Assembly (NCBI GenBank): GCA_951406725.2
Contig: OX597832.1
Span: 46,996,001 to 47,060,000, forward strand
Direction of reading: 5' to 3'
Length of the DNA stretch: 64,000 bases
Source: Octopus vulgaris
Lineage: Eukaryota
Shown here one piece after another: positions 27,285 through 40,912 of the stretch. The translations under genes and the position numbers were made by a program. The notes under the pieces are model-generated. The model was not told where the DNA came from. It did not search any database and worked only from the letters and a program-made list of their open reading frames with translations. The number at the start of each line of letters is the position of its first letter. The stretch's first letter is position 1.

Positions 27285-27790
27285 AAATGAAATGCATGAA
27301 CCAAGTGTTGAGGCCTCACATGGCGTCATACTTTGCCCGTCATCGGAATCACGTGCTCCAACACGAAAACGCCCATACCCATAGTGTTAGGTTGACAACA
27401 GATTTCCTCCAACAGCACAACATCCAGATACTGCCATGGTTTGCCCTAATGTCCGGGACGACATACAAAGAAGGCTAAATGACATCCGTCCAAGGACGAC
27501 AACTGCGACACAACTCGCTGCAACTTTTAACAGAGGGGTGGCTGCTCTCCCCATGGTCCTTATCAATCGTTTTGTGCATTCAATGTACAGATAGCTGGTG
27601 GTAATCAACGCTAACGGTGGTCACACGAGATTTTGAGTTAATTTCTTTGAATCCGTCATTGCGGAACACCATGTGACGTCAAACACGTTTCAGGAAATAA
27701 CATTTTGTCATTAAAAATGATCGGTTTCTTAATTAGTACTCTTCAATCGGTGCTATGGCAGTGTGTTAAACAACCAGTTTCTATCTAGTG
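27285..27790 (+). mobile_element. Tc1-like transposase pseudogene, C-terminal catalytic half
   Basis: VLRPHM...VLQHENAHTH...FLQQHNIQILPW (decayed QxDNAxxH...W motif; the SPDLNPIE segment is deleted), then in another frame DDIQRRLND...INRFVHSMYR*LVVINANGGHTRF*, the typical Tc1 C-terminus. Confidence 0.82.
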
Positions 27791-27832
27791 TGTGTGACGT
27801 CTCTTTTGTGGTTCAATTTATATATATATATA

Positions 27833-28232
27833 TCACATCACAACGCACCACCCACACATCCATCCCCACATCTTCAAACCTACACATACATGCACACATC
27901 CAGACCACCAGCCCTCTTTCACACGCACATACATACTCTCTTATACACATACGCACATTCGTGTTGGCAGCACCTTTGTGTTGGGGGTCATCTTTACCTT
28001 GTTATCTCTCCTACTTTCTTTCTCCTGTCTGACCCTTCTGTCCGGCACTAGTCGCCATGATAGATCATTAGCCACTACAGTCCTTGTTTTTTTTTTCTGT
28101 GTCCCTTTCTGTAGAAGAGCGGGGGCTCGAAACGTAAAAGGCTTTTTCTATTCCTGAGCGTTATACTAATACATCTGTTTGTTTTGTACACCACCTGTCG
28201 TCATCTTTTGTTTTTTTCGCAAACTTTCCCTA
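27833..28232 (+). mobile_element. Probable Penelope-like element terminal-repeat remnant in (TA)n
   Basis: Complex sequence bounded by TA tracts and containing a minimal hammerhead motif. PLE assignment rests on the known PLE-hammerhead association. Confidence 0.6.
28104..28141 (+). ncRNA. Minimal type I hammerhead ribozyme motif, variant core
   Basis: CCUUU-CUGUAGA-A-GAGC(GGGG)GCUC-GAAA-CG-UA^-AAAGG: 5-bp stem I, 4-bp stem II, palindromic ACGU in place of stem III, GUA site; A6 replaced by U. Confidence 0.62.
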
Positions 28233-28245
28233 TATATATATGAAT

Positions 28246-28345
<100 letters not shown>

Positions 28346-28428
28346 GTGTTATATATGAAAATTAATTCATGCTTTCACTATATTTAATGGCAGACACATG
28401 AATTTATGTGATATATATATATATATAT

Positions 28429-28461
<33 letters not shown>

Positions 28462-28706
28462 CATACATACATGCATATGTATACATACACACATATATAT
28501 ACATACATACATATATATACATACATAAACTTAGATAAACTTAGATATGTTTCGACCAAAGATTGGTCCAGGCCATGTCTAACTTAATAGCACCACCTGA
28601 TAGGATTATTCGAATCCTGTTTAAGTCAAGTTTTGTTCAAGTAGTGAGTTCTTGTTGGGTGAGTTGTATCCAGTTTTGTTCAAGTAGTGAGTTCTTGTTG
28701 GGTGAG

Positions 28707-28754
<48 letters not shown>

Positions 28755-28785
28755 GCACATGTAGTTGGGTACACATACACACATA

Positions 28786-28834
<49 letters not shown>

Positions 28835-29584
28835 TTAACTCAGTTTTGGGTGAATGTAGATGGAACAGAAGAGATATTTACTAAGTGACGATATTTGCCA
28901 GTACTTGCTTAAACTGTAATATATTTGTGTGACAATGTGTGTATATTCAAAGTCCTTGTGCGTATGTGTGTGTGTGTGTATGTGGTGCGAGTGTGTGTAT
29001 GGAGGAGTGTAAGTATGTACGTAGGTATGCAGTTATCTATATACGGTATGACAGTATAAGTGCCGTCAAATATCTCATGCATTTATCTCCTGGTCTGTTG
29101 GAAGACCTTCTAAGGTACCGAAGAGAGACACAGAGAGACACAGAGACAGAGGAGAGGAGGCGGGGGAGTAGATAGGTAATGAGAGATAAAGCGAGGTGGA
29201 GAGAGAGAGAGATATAGGGGAAGAGATGGGAGATAGAATATGGAATTAATCTCATTTATTTCATCACCATTGAATATAGATTTGCCTTATTTCTTTACCT
29301 ATATACACGTACGTATACTTATATGTGTGTGAGAGCATATGTGCGCACGCACACGTGTGTGTGTGTGTTTGTATGTGCTTGTGTGTGTGTTTGTGTGTGT
29401 GTGTGTATGTGTGTGTGTGTGTGTATGCCTATATGTGTGATGTATTTATATAGTGTATTTATTCTTGCTTCTATTTAATATATTAACCAGTTTCCTGCAA
29501 GATTTCGAGTAACAACAACAAAATCTGCCACTGCTGTTACTGCTGCTTACAATTATCATCATCATCATATGTATTAGTAGTAGT

Positions 29585-30590
<1,006 letters not shown>

Positions 30591-31270
30591 TCGTTATTTA
30601 TTTGTTGCTCAGTTTATTATATTTTCTGTCTTGGTTCAACGTTCATCTGTCAAAACAAACAAGCGAAAAAAAAAAAAGATTAAAGAATAAGCGAAATAAC
30701 GTGGAAATAAAAGCACAATAAATAAATAAATAAATAAATAAATACGTAAAATAAATGAATGAATAATAAAAATAAAATAAAATGAAATACAAAATAAAGC
30801 ACTAACTTTCTTATCTCTCTTTTATCCCCTTGATAACTGATTAACTGAAAAGTAGGTGAAAGAATTTGAAACTGGTATACCCTATCGCGCTTGTGTGGAG
30901 GTGTAGGAAAATGTGTGTGACATTGCGATAAAACGCGTGCGTGGTGTGTTCAGGCTTGCTCGCTTGCTTACGTCCGCCTCTGCGTGCGTACGTGCGGGCG
31001 TGCGGGCGGGCTTGCGGGCGGGCGGGCGCGTGTCGTACGTACGCATGCGCGTGTGTGTTTGTGTGAAAGAATGTTGTTTCACCGAGAGTAAACAGAGAGA
31101 AGTAGAGTGAGTTTAAAAAATGGTGTCGAGATATATATATATAAGCGGAGAGTAAGGAACAAAGGGAGATGTGGTGAGATAATGGGACATGGGTGAGTGA
31201 CGTAGCAAGGGAATGAGCGAGATAGATAGATTGATAGATAACGTGAGAGAGAGAGAGAGAGAGAGAGAGT

Positions 31271-31318
<48 letters not shown>

Positions 31319-31457
31319 TGTAGACCGACTGAAAGAAAGTAAGTGAGATTTGGTTGGAGAGAAATTAGGCTAAAAGCATGCATGAAAAATATGAAACCCT
31401 CCCTTATCTCTCCCTATATAATTTATACACAATCACTTACATATATACATATATATG

Positions 31458-31489
<32 letters not shown>

Positions 31490-31513
31490 CACACATAAAT
31501 ATATATATATACC

Positions 31514-31558
<45 letters not shown>

Positions 31559-32234
31559 TGCATCTAAATTCGTACCTACACAGACAAACTCACATACACA
31601 CACACACACACATTCACATATATAATATATATACACGCACAAGCGCCCCCACACACTCACAGCTAAATGGAATTGACAAATATCACACAGATGCAGCAAG
31701 AATATAATTTTAGTACATTAACTTTAGCAGAGAATTCTGCTAAATGTAAAGAGAATTTATATTCTTTTTCAGAGAAACTCTGTAATGGAGAATTTGCCGT
31801 TTCTGCTTTGTATGATGCATCAAATAAATTAAAATGTGTAATCCCTTAAATGTATAAAATGCCTTAAATAAATAAAACTGCGTACTGCTCCCATTCTGCC
31901 GTCACTAATTTTGAAATTTCACTCACTTTTATATTGTTTATCCATATATAAACAATAGATGTGGCTTGTGATTGTCACGGTTGAATGGTGGTTTGTTTCG
32001 GTAAAGTTCGTCAAAAACCGGTTAAGTTCGTCAAAATATATCATTTCTCTTATACTATTTTACTGAAACAGCCTTTGTTTCATATGCTAAATATTACGTA
32101 CTGGTAGAAGGGATATGGCGAAACCATTCAACGACGGAGTAGTCAACACTGAAGGGCTTTAATTTCATGCAGAACAAGAATTCTAGTATGATAATCTCGA
32201 TTGATATTGGGCGGTTAGCTCCCTTGTCAATACA

Positions 32235-32401
32235 TAGACGGGCTTCTTTCAGTTTCCGTCTACCAAATCCACTCACAAGGCTTTGGTCGGCCCGAGGCTA
32301 TAGTAGAAGACACTTGCCCAAGGTGCCACGCAGTGGGACTGAACCCGGAACCATGTGGCTGTTAAGCAAGCTACTTACCACACAGTCACTCCTGTGCCTA
32401 T
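32235..32401 (-). mobile_element. SINE family A, left half only
   Basis: Head through GAAAGAAGCCCGTC; ends where the internal TA tract begins. Confidence 0.88.
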
Positions 32402-32591
32402 ATTATTCTAATTTTTTAATTTTATTTAAACATAATTGATAAAATTAAAAATCAAATACAGAAATATTTATTTCGAATAACTGTTTTTCGAATAATTGTT
32501 TTCGAACAATTTTCATGATACGTTTATATTTGCATATGTGTTCAACAATGATTGGTCCTTTCAGGAGTAATAAAGAAATCCATATTTTGTC

Positions 32592-32940
32592 TCTCTGAGT
32601 TCAAATTCCACCGAGGCCGATATTGCATTTTATCCTTTTGGAGTCCATAAAATAAGTACCAGTTGAGCACAGGGGTCTATGTAATCGACTTACCTCCACC
32701 ACCAAACTTTCTGGGCATGTGTCAAAATTTGAAACCGTGGCAGAATTGTTATCACGCCGGTCAAATTGATTAGCAACATTTCGCCCATCTTTACGTTCTG
32801 AGTTCAAATTCCGCCGAGGTCGACATTATCTTTCATCGTTTTGGGGTCGATAAAATAAGTACTAGCTGAGTACAAGGGTCGATGTATTCGACTTCCCCTC
32901 ATCACCAAATCTTTTTAACCTTCTACCAAAATTTTGAACC
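32592..32940 (+). mobile_element. Two tandem diverged family B (B2-tail) copies
   Basis: CTGAGTTCAAATTCC...AAATAAGTAC...GATGTA(A/T)TCGACTT twice, each followed by a CCAAAATTT-type tail. Confidence 0.72.
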
Positions 32941-32980
32941 TTTATGACGAAGAGTTAGAGCTAAGCAGTGTTTAGGTATG

Positions 32981-33397
32981 AGCAGAAGTAAGTAATTTGA
33001 TATGTTTGTCACATATTTCAACGGCTAAAAAGGAAATTCGCTGCAGTTACCGAGGAGAATATATCTCCCTTATGATAAAAAGATGTCAAAACACCCGGTT
33101 CGTTCCGTGTCGCCATCTTTTAGGAATCTCAAACATTGATGTTTCAAGGTTCTTGGCTATTTTCGATGAGAAGCAACTCTGAACGAACTTGTAATATCGT
33201 AGGTTTATGTATAATTCAGCCAAGAACCTTGAGACATCAATGTCTGAGATTCCTAGTAGATGGCGACACCGAACGAACCGGGTGATTTCGCACCGTTTTA
33301 CCATAAAAGACATATATTGCCCTTGGTAACTGCAGTGTATTTGCTGTTTAGCAGTTGAAATATATGACAAACATAACTCAACTTACTTAATTCTGCT
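32981..33397. mobile_element. Foldback/MITE-like element: ~178-bp inverted arms with 59-bp spacer
   Basis: 32981-33158 is the imperfect reverse complement of 33218-33397 (e.g. ACCCGGTTCGTTCCGTGTCGCCATCT / AGATGGCGACACCGAACGAACCGGGT). The ORF track also shows near-identical peptides on opposite strands. Confidence 0.85.
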
Positions 33398-33404
33398 TTG
33401 AAAC

Positions 33405-33436
<32 letters not shown>

Positions 33437-33568
33437 GAATTTGTGAAAAGATGGATGACTGTGGGGAAACGGTTAGCGTGGATGGCACTCCTGTAAATAT
33501 GTGGCTGCAGATTGGAGAGGAGAAGAGAATGTTCGTACCTTTAGTGGTTAGAGTAATGATGATGATAG

Positions 33569-33952
33569 TGGAGGCGCAATGGCCCAGTGGTTAGGGCAGC
33601 GGACTCGCAGTCATAGGATCGCGGTTTCGATTCCCAGACCGGGCGTTGTGTGTGTTTATTGAGCGAAAACACCTAAAGCTCAATGAGTCTCCGGCAGGGG
33701 GTGGTGGTGATCACTGCTGTACTCTTTCGCCACAACTTTCTCTCACTCTTACTTCCTGTTTCTGTTGTACCTGTATTTCAAAGGGCCGGCCTTGTCACTC
33801 TCTGTGTCACGCTGAATATCCCCGAGAACTACGTTAAGGGTACACGTGTCTGTGGAGTGCTCAGCCACTTACACGTTAATTTCACGAGCAGGCTGTTCCG
33901 TTGATTCGGATCAACCGGAACCGTCGTCGTCGTAACCGACGGAGTGCTTCCA
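33569..33952 (+). mobile_element. SINE family C1, full length
   Basis: GTGGAGGCGCAATGGCCCAGTGG...GTTTCGATTCCC head; 3' hairpin GTTGAT-TCGG-ATCAAC; ends GACGGAGTGCTTCCA. Confidence 0.92.
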
Positions 33953-34189
33953 TCCAATGAGGATCATGATGATGATGATGATGATGACGACGACGACGAC
34001 GACGAGGATGATGATACGCTATTCTATTCGTATTTTTTTAATTTTCTGTTCATGATTTTTTTCCTTGTTTTTTTTTAATAATCTATCCTGCTCTTCTCTC
34101 AGCTGTTGCTGCCATTGTCATTCTATTGGTGTTTCTGTTCGAGCTATTGTTGTTGTTAACATTTTGTTACTGTTGTTGTTGTTGTTGTT

Positions 34190-35012
34190 CGTCTTCTTAT
34201 TCTTCTACTCCTTTTTTCTTCCTCTTCTTTTTTTCTTCTTTCTCTTCTTCCCCTTCTTTTTCTTCTTCATAGCCTTCCTTCTTTTCCTCCTTCTTCATCT
34301 CTCCCTTCGTTCATTCTCCTTCTTCCACTTCTTTTCTCTTCTTCTTATCCATCTTCTTTTCCTCCTTCTTCTCTGCCTCCGTCCATTCTTCTTCTCTTTC
34401 TTATTCTTCTTCTTCTTCTTCTTCTCCTCCTCCCCTCCTCCTTCTTCTTATTCTTCTTCTCTCTCCTCCTCCTCCTTCTTCTTCTTCTTCTTCTTCTCCT
34501 CCTCCTTCTTCTTCTCCTCCTCCTTCTCCTTCTCCTCCTCGTCCTCCTCCTCGTCCTCCTCCTCCTTCTTTTTCTTCTCCTCGTCCTCGTCCTCCTTCTT
34601 TTTCTTCTCCTCCTCCTCCTCCTCCTTCTTCTTCTTCTCCTCCTCCTCCTTCTTCTTCTTCTTCTCCTCCTCCTTCTCCTCCTCATTCTCATCCTCCTCC
34701 TCCTCCTCCTTCTTCTTCTTCTCCTCCTTCTTCTTCTTCTTCTTCTCCTCCTCCTTCTTCTTCTCCTCCTTCTTCTTCTTCTTCTTCTCCTCTTCCTTCT
34801 CCTTCTCCTCCTCCTCCTCCTCCTTCTTCTTCTTCTTCTTCTTCTCCTCCTTCTTCTTCTTCTTCTTCTTCTTCTTCTCCTCCTCCTCCTTCTTCTTCTT
34901 CTTCTTCTTCTCCTCCTCCTTCTTCTTCTTCTTCTTCTTCTTCTTCTTCTTCTTCTCCTTCTTCTCCCCCTTCTTTCTTTCTTTCTTTCTTTCTCTCTTT
35001 CTTTCTTTCCGT
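34190..35012. repeat. ~820-bp polypyrimidine (CTT/CCT)n tract
   Basis: Almost purine-free on the + strand. Confidence 0.95.
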
Positions 35013-35138
35013 CATTCTTTTTTCCTCCGTTGTTCGCGATCCTGTAATGGCATCAATTGATATATACATTCAAGAATTGTTTATTATTTATTTATACAAC
35101 ATACTGGGGTTGTTCTTACTGTTTTTTTTGTAGTCCTG

Positions 35139-35208
<70 letters not shown>

Positions 35209-35642
35209 CATTTATTATTATTATTATTACTGCTGCTACAGTTGTTGTTCTTGTTATTATTGAGAATTGTTCTTATAGTAGTATTAGTTTTTTTTCTTCA
35301 TCTTTTCCTGTTACTGGTGGTGGCGGTGGTGTCAGTGGCAGTGGTGGGTGTGGGGCCAATGGTTGTGGTGGTGGTAGTGTTGATAGATTTGTTTTTTGTT
35401 GATGGTGTTTTTGTTGTTGTTTATTTAAGACTCATTAACGAAATGAAGTGCATACGGGCAGTAAGCGGGATGGGCGGGGCGGGGGTGCGAGGGTAGCGGT
35501 GGATAAAAGTTATTTCTAGAAGAGGAATGGAGATAAGATTAGTAGAGAGAAAAGCAGAATAAAAAAGAAAGACAGAATTTAAAGAAAACTCTAAAAAAAA
35601 GATTAATGCAAAACTTTCAGATAGGCTAAAAGCAAACACACA

Positions 35643-35712
<70 letters not shown>

Positions 35713-36035
35713 CGCACACGTGCTCTCTCTTTTTCTCCCTCTCTCCTTATTTCTAACACACACATACACAGGTAAACAAATATGTACATATATGTGTATG
35801 CACGTTCTACGTATAATTATATTATATATACACATATGTATGTATATATATATATATATGTATATATGTATATATGTATATATGTACATATGTATATATG
35901 CATACACATATATGTATACATATGTACATATATATTGATATACATATAAATTATAAATGTATACATATACGCACATATATACACATGCATTTACGTATTA
36001 TATACATGCATATATATGTGCGTTCATATATATAT

Positions 36036-36075
<40 letters not shown>

Positions 36076-36186
36076 TTAATATAATACATATATATGCATA
36101 CATCCATATGTGTTATATCTAAGAATATATATATATATATTCTTAAATATAACACATATGTATATATTCATATATATGTATTATAT

Positions 36187-36228
<42 letters not shown>

Positions 36229-36340
36229 CTCACATATACATGTATATAATACGTAAATGCATGTGTATATTTGTGCGTATATGTATACATTTATATGTAT
36301 ATGTATATCAATATAGATGTACATATGTATACATATATAT

Positions 36341-36390
<50 letters not shown>

Positions 36391-36633
36391 GTATATATAT
36401 ATTTATATATATATATGCTACACGCTTCTACACATCTGGGTACGCCTATAAGTGATGAAGACATCGTTATTAAGAAGATAATGATGACGAAGAAAGCGAA
36501 CGACGACGATTATGCTAAAGATGGCGACGCAGTAGATAAGGGGTCTAAAGAGAAAAAAGGACGAAAGAATGTGATAAAGTGAGAAAGTGTAGAGTGATGT
36601 AGTAACAGACCTCTGCAGATAAAAATCCGACAA

Positions 36634-36681
<48 letters not shown>

Positions 36682-37018
36682 GTGGTGGTGATGGTGGTGG
36701 TGGTAGTGATGGTGGTAACAGTGGTGGTGGTGGTGGTGGTTGTGATGATGTTGATGATGATAATGGTGATGATGGTAATGACGATGCTGATGGTGGTGAT
36801 GGTGATGATGATTATGATGATGGTGACGATGATGATGATGATTCTGATGGTGATGATGATGTATGAATTGCTGATCATAATGACCATGGCGATGACGATA
36901 GCGACGACGACGACGATGTTGACGACGACGACGATGTTGACGACGTCGACGATGTTGACGACGACGACGACGATGTTGACGACGTCGACGATGTTGACGA
37001 CGACGACGATGATGACGA
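36634..37018. repeat. Compound trinucleotide tract (TAG)n-(GTG)n-(GAT)n-(GAC)n
   Basis: Read directly. Confidence 0.93.
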
Positions 37019-37232
37019 GAAGCACCTCTGGAATTTGTGTTGTTCTTTTTTTTTTAATTTAAATCCGTTTTATCATTTGTTTTTTTTTTTCTGATATCTT
37101 TCGTCATCAGTTCAGAATTAAAAAAATGCCCGTGAGCAGCCCCCGTCCCCTTCTCTTCCCTCTTTGAAATTACAGAAAAATATATACTACATACGTGACC
37201 CAAAGGAATTGCAATACCCAAATTGGGGTGTA

Positions 37233-37468
37233 TGATAATAATAATAATAATAATAATACTACTACTAATAATAATAATAATAATAATATTAATAATAATA
37301 ATAACAATAATGGCGATAATGATAATAATAATATTTATAATAATAATAATAATAATAATAAAGATAATAATAATAATAATAAATATAATAATAATAATAA
37401 TAATAATAATGATAATAATAATAACAATGATGATAATAATAATAATAATAATGATAATAATAATAATG

Positions 37469-37523
<55 letters not shown>

Positions 37524-37549
37524 AGATAATAACAATAACAATAATAATA

Positions 37550-37580
<31 letters not shown>

Positions 37581-37612
37581 TAATGATAATAATAATAATA
37601 ACAATAATAATA

Positions 37613-37643
<31 letters not shown>

Positions 37644-37669
37644 TAATAATGATGATGATGATAATAATG

Positions 37670-37751
<82 letters not shown>

Positions 37752-37836
37752 TAATAATAATAATAATGATAATAACAACAACAGCAACAACAGCAACATG
37801 CGCAGCAACTACAACAATAACAACAATAATGATAAT
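37233..37836. repeat. (AAT)n tract interspersed with GAT/AAC
   Basis: ~600 bp, in phase throughout. Confidence 0.95.
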
Positions 37837-38665
37837 ATCAGCGTGGGTGTAGGTGTGAGTGTGATAAGACCAATATAGTTAAATAAGAAAATATATAATA
37901 GAGAAAGAAAGGAATACAGGAAATAGTGACAAAGACTTTATATAGAAAACAGGAAAAGAACGGTAAGGTACAGAGGAAAGAATATTCTGGTATGAAAAAA
38001 AAAATTATTGACGTAGAGGTTTAGAAAGATGGAGTCGAGATAAAATGTCGAGAAGTGTGGCTGTCTATTTAGATTATTTCAGATTCTGACAAACGTAGCA
38101 GCAGCATCTGGTTGAGTTTGGGAGTGTCGGGGCAAAGCGTTTACTGTTATCGGGTTCTTAGGCTGTGCCTTCTGATGAGATAAGACAACGAATATGTTGC
38201 GATATGATGCGTGATAAGTAACCTGTGAAAGGTTATTATTGCGAATGGTGAATGCCATAGAATGAGAGCTAAGTCTTTCTTCTGATTTCGTTGCGATTTC
38301 CACACGTTCGATATCGGGGTGAAACTAAATTGATTTGTGTTGTGTTTTGTGTTCCGTTCCTCATTTGTTTTGAGAAATACGCAAACGATGTATTATTGCC
38401 ATTGAAATTATTATGATTTCGTTTAGCAGCGGGAGAAATCGTTAAAACATAGAAAAAACAATATAAAATAGAAAGAAACCCTGACATATTTGTTCTGTTT
38501 TTTTTACTTTCTGGCTCAAATTTCATTGAGGTTAAATTTTGTGAAATTCAAAATACACACTTCAATATTTCAATGAAGTTTTCTCTCCTTTTATACAGAC
38601 CATCTTCCGAGAGCGATGACATATATTTCCTGTCAGATAAAGACAACGATATTATCGAGAGCTCC

Positions 38666-39278
38666 AAGGCGGCGAGCAGGCAGAAAGGTTAGCACGCCGG
38701 GCGAAATGCTTAGTAGTATTTCGTCTGCCGCTACGTTCTGAGTTCAAATTCTGCCGAGGTCGACTTTGCCTTTCCTCCTTTCGGGGTCGATTAAATAAGA
38801 ACCAGTTACACACTGGGGTCGATATAATCGAGTCAATCCGTTTGTCTATCCTTGTTTGTCCTCTCTGTGGGTAGTAAAGACATAGGTACTTCGTCTGCCG
38901 TTACGTTCTGAGTTCAAATTCCTCCGAGGTCGACTTTGGCTTTCATTCTTTCGAGGTCGATAAATTTAGTACCAGTGACGCACTATAGTCGATGTAACTG
39001 ACTTAATCCCTTTGTCTGTCCTTGTTTGTCCCCTCAATGTTTAGCCTCCCTGTGGGGAATAAAGAAACAAGAAACGTTAGCATGCCAGGCCGAAATGCTT
39101 AGCGGCATTTCACCTGTCCTTATGATCTGAGTTCAAATCCCGCCGAGGTCGACTTTGCCTTTCATTCTTTCAGTGTTGATAAATTAAGTACCAGTTGCCT
39201 ACTGGAATCGATGTAATCAAATGCCCCTACCTCCCCCAAAAATGTTGAGCCTTTTGCCTAAAGTAGAAAAGAATATTA
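38666..39278 (+). mobile_element. SINE family B trimer
   Basis: Head + unit, junction AAAGACATA|GGTACTTC at 38884/38885, second junction AAAGAAACAA|GAAACGTTAGC at 39070/39071; last unit has the B2 tail. Confidence 0.88.
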
Positions 39279-39336
39279 TCAACTGTTCCAAGCTCAAGGG
39301 ATTTCTGCTCACCTCACATTAAATTTTATATTGAAG

Positions 39337-39665
39337 CTTTTACTTGTTTCGATCTTTGGATTGCGGCCATGCTGGAATATCGTTTTCAAAGGTTTAGTTG
39401 AAGAAATCAGCCATAGTCTTATACGAATTCAGCACTTACTCGGTTGGTCTCTTTTGCAGGTCTATTCACATCTATCGGTAAATTCAATACATTGAACGTA
39501 GAGAAAATATTGGTTGTTGCGAGAACGAAAACAAACAAGCACCGGTTGTCAAGCTATAGTGGGAGACATAAACAAAAACAAATATACGGGGTTTCTAGGT
39601 TTCTAGTAGAACTAACTTGCTCAAGGTGCCGTGTAATGTGACTAAACACAAAACCATATGCAGGC
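39337..39665 (-). mobile_element. Old diverged family A-related copy
   Basis: TTTTACTTGTTTC...GCGGCCATGCTGG...CGGTTGTCAAGC...ACTTGCTCAAGGTGCC recognisable. Confidence 0.65.
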
Positions 39666-39782
39666 AAAGCAGAAACAATTATTTAAATATTCTTTGCAAT
39701 TTAAAATCGCAACACCATTATTATTTTCTTCCATCTACATCTTGGAAGAATTATGTGGACAAAAAAATTAATGTACATCTTC

Positions 39783-40193
39783 ATAGGCGCAGGAGTGGCT
39801 GTGTGGTAAGTAGCTTGCTTAACAGCCACATGGTTCCGGGTTCAGTCCCACTGCGTGGCATCTTGGGCAAGTGTCTTCTACTATAGCCTCGGGCCGACCA
39901 AAGCCTTGTGAGTGGATTTGGTAGACGGAAACTGAAAGAAGCCCGTCGTATATATGTATATATATATATATATGCGTGTGTGTGTTTGTGTATCTGTCTT
40001 TGTCCCACTAGCATTGCTTGACAACCGATGCTGGTTTGTTTATGTCCCCGTTACTTAGCGGTTCGGCAAAAGAGACCGATAGAATAAGTACTGGGCTTAC
40101 AAAAGAATAAGTCCCGGGGTCGAGTTGCTCGATTAAAGGCGGTGCTCCAGCATGGCCGCAGTCAAATGACTGAAACAAGTAAAAGAGTAAAGT
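39783..40193 (+). mobile_element. SINE family A, full length
   Basis: ATAGGCGCAGGAGTGGCTGTGTGG (A-box), GGTTCAGTCCC (B-box), internal TA/TG tract, (TAAAAGAG)n tail. Confidence 0.93.
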
Positions 40194-40546
40194 GTATATA
40201 AACAAGAAAATAGCGTTGCTTATTGGCCTGAAAAAAATGTATGTCTTTTGAAAGTAGTTCAATGGCAATGTTTGCAGATATTCAAGCGATGGTATTTTAT
40301 TTTTCAAGTCATGGCATCTTATTTATTGCTTTTTATTTCATTCTAATTTATTATTTATTATTTTCTTTATTCAGTTATCTTTTGAACATTGTAAAATAAT
40401 ATGTTGCTTCTTAAAAGACATGGAATGAGGATACAAAAAAAAATAGGCAACATGATATTGAAAATATATTGAGAAAGTATATTTATGTAAGAAGCTATTT
40501 GAATATGCAAACTCGCAATACACACACGCTCTTCTTTGCTATCAAA

Positions 40547-40597
<51 letters not shown>

Positions 40598-40738
40598 GCA
40601 TTGACGCAAGCAAGTGCATCACGAATTTATCTCACGTCGGTTTACAAAGAAGAGTATTCCAGTTGTTCAAGCAAAGAGACTATAAACACTTCTTTGTATT
40701 ACAGTATAGCAGAGTATTACACTCACACGGGTATATAT

Positions 40739-40772
<34 letters not shown>

Positions 40773-40912
40773 ATATAAGATCAGCAACAATTTAGATTCA
40801 AATGAATATGGTACTTAATTTAGATGCACCAGAATTTTTATATGGTGTTACCCATAAAAATATGCGGGGTGATTATAACAAAAAATAAGCACCAAAGAAT
40901 GAATCCGGTAAT

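Noticed and set aside
33569-33645. SINE heads as tRNA genes (families A, C, D)
   Set aside because: A/B boxes are present, but no complete cloverleaf with acceptor stem, and each continues into a repeated SINE body.
34065-37878. Long ORFs of poly-F/S, poly-E/G, poly-N/I/L
   Set aside because: Stop-free frames of trinucleotide microsatellites, with no complex coding sequence or splice context.
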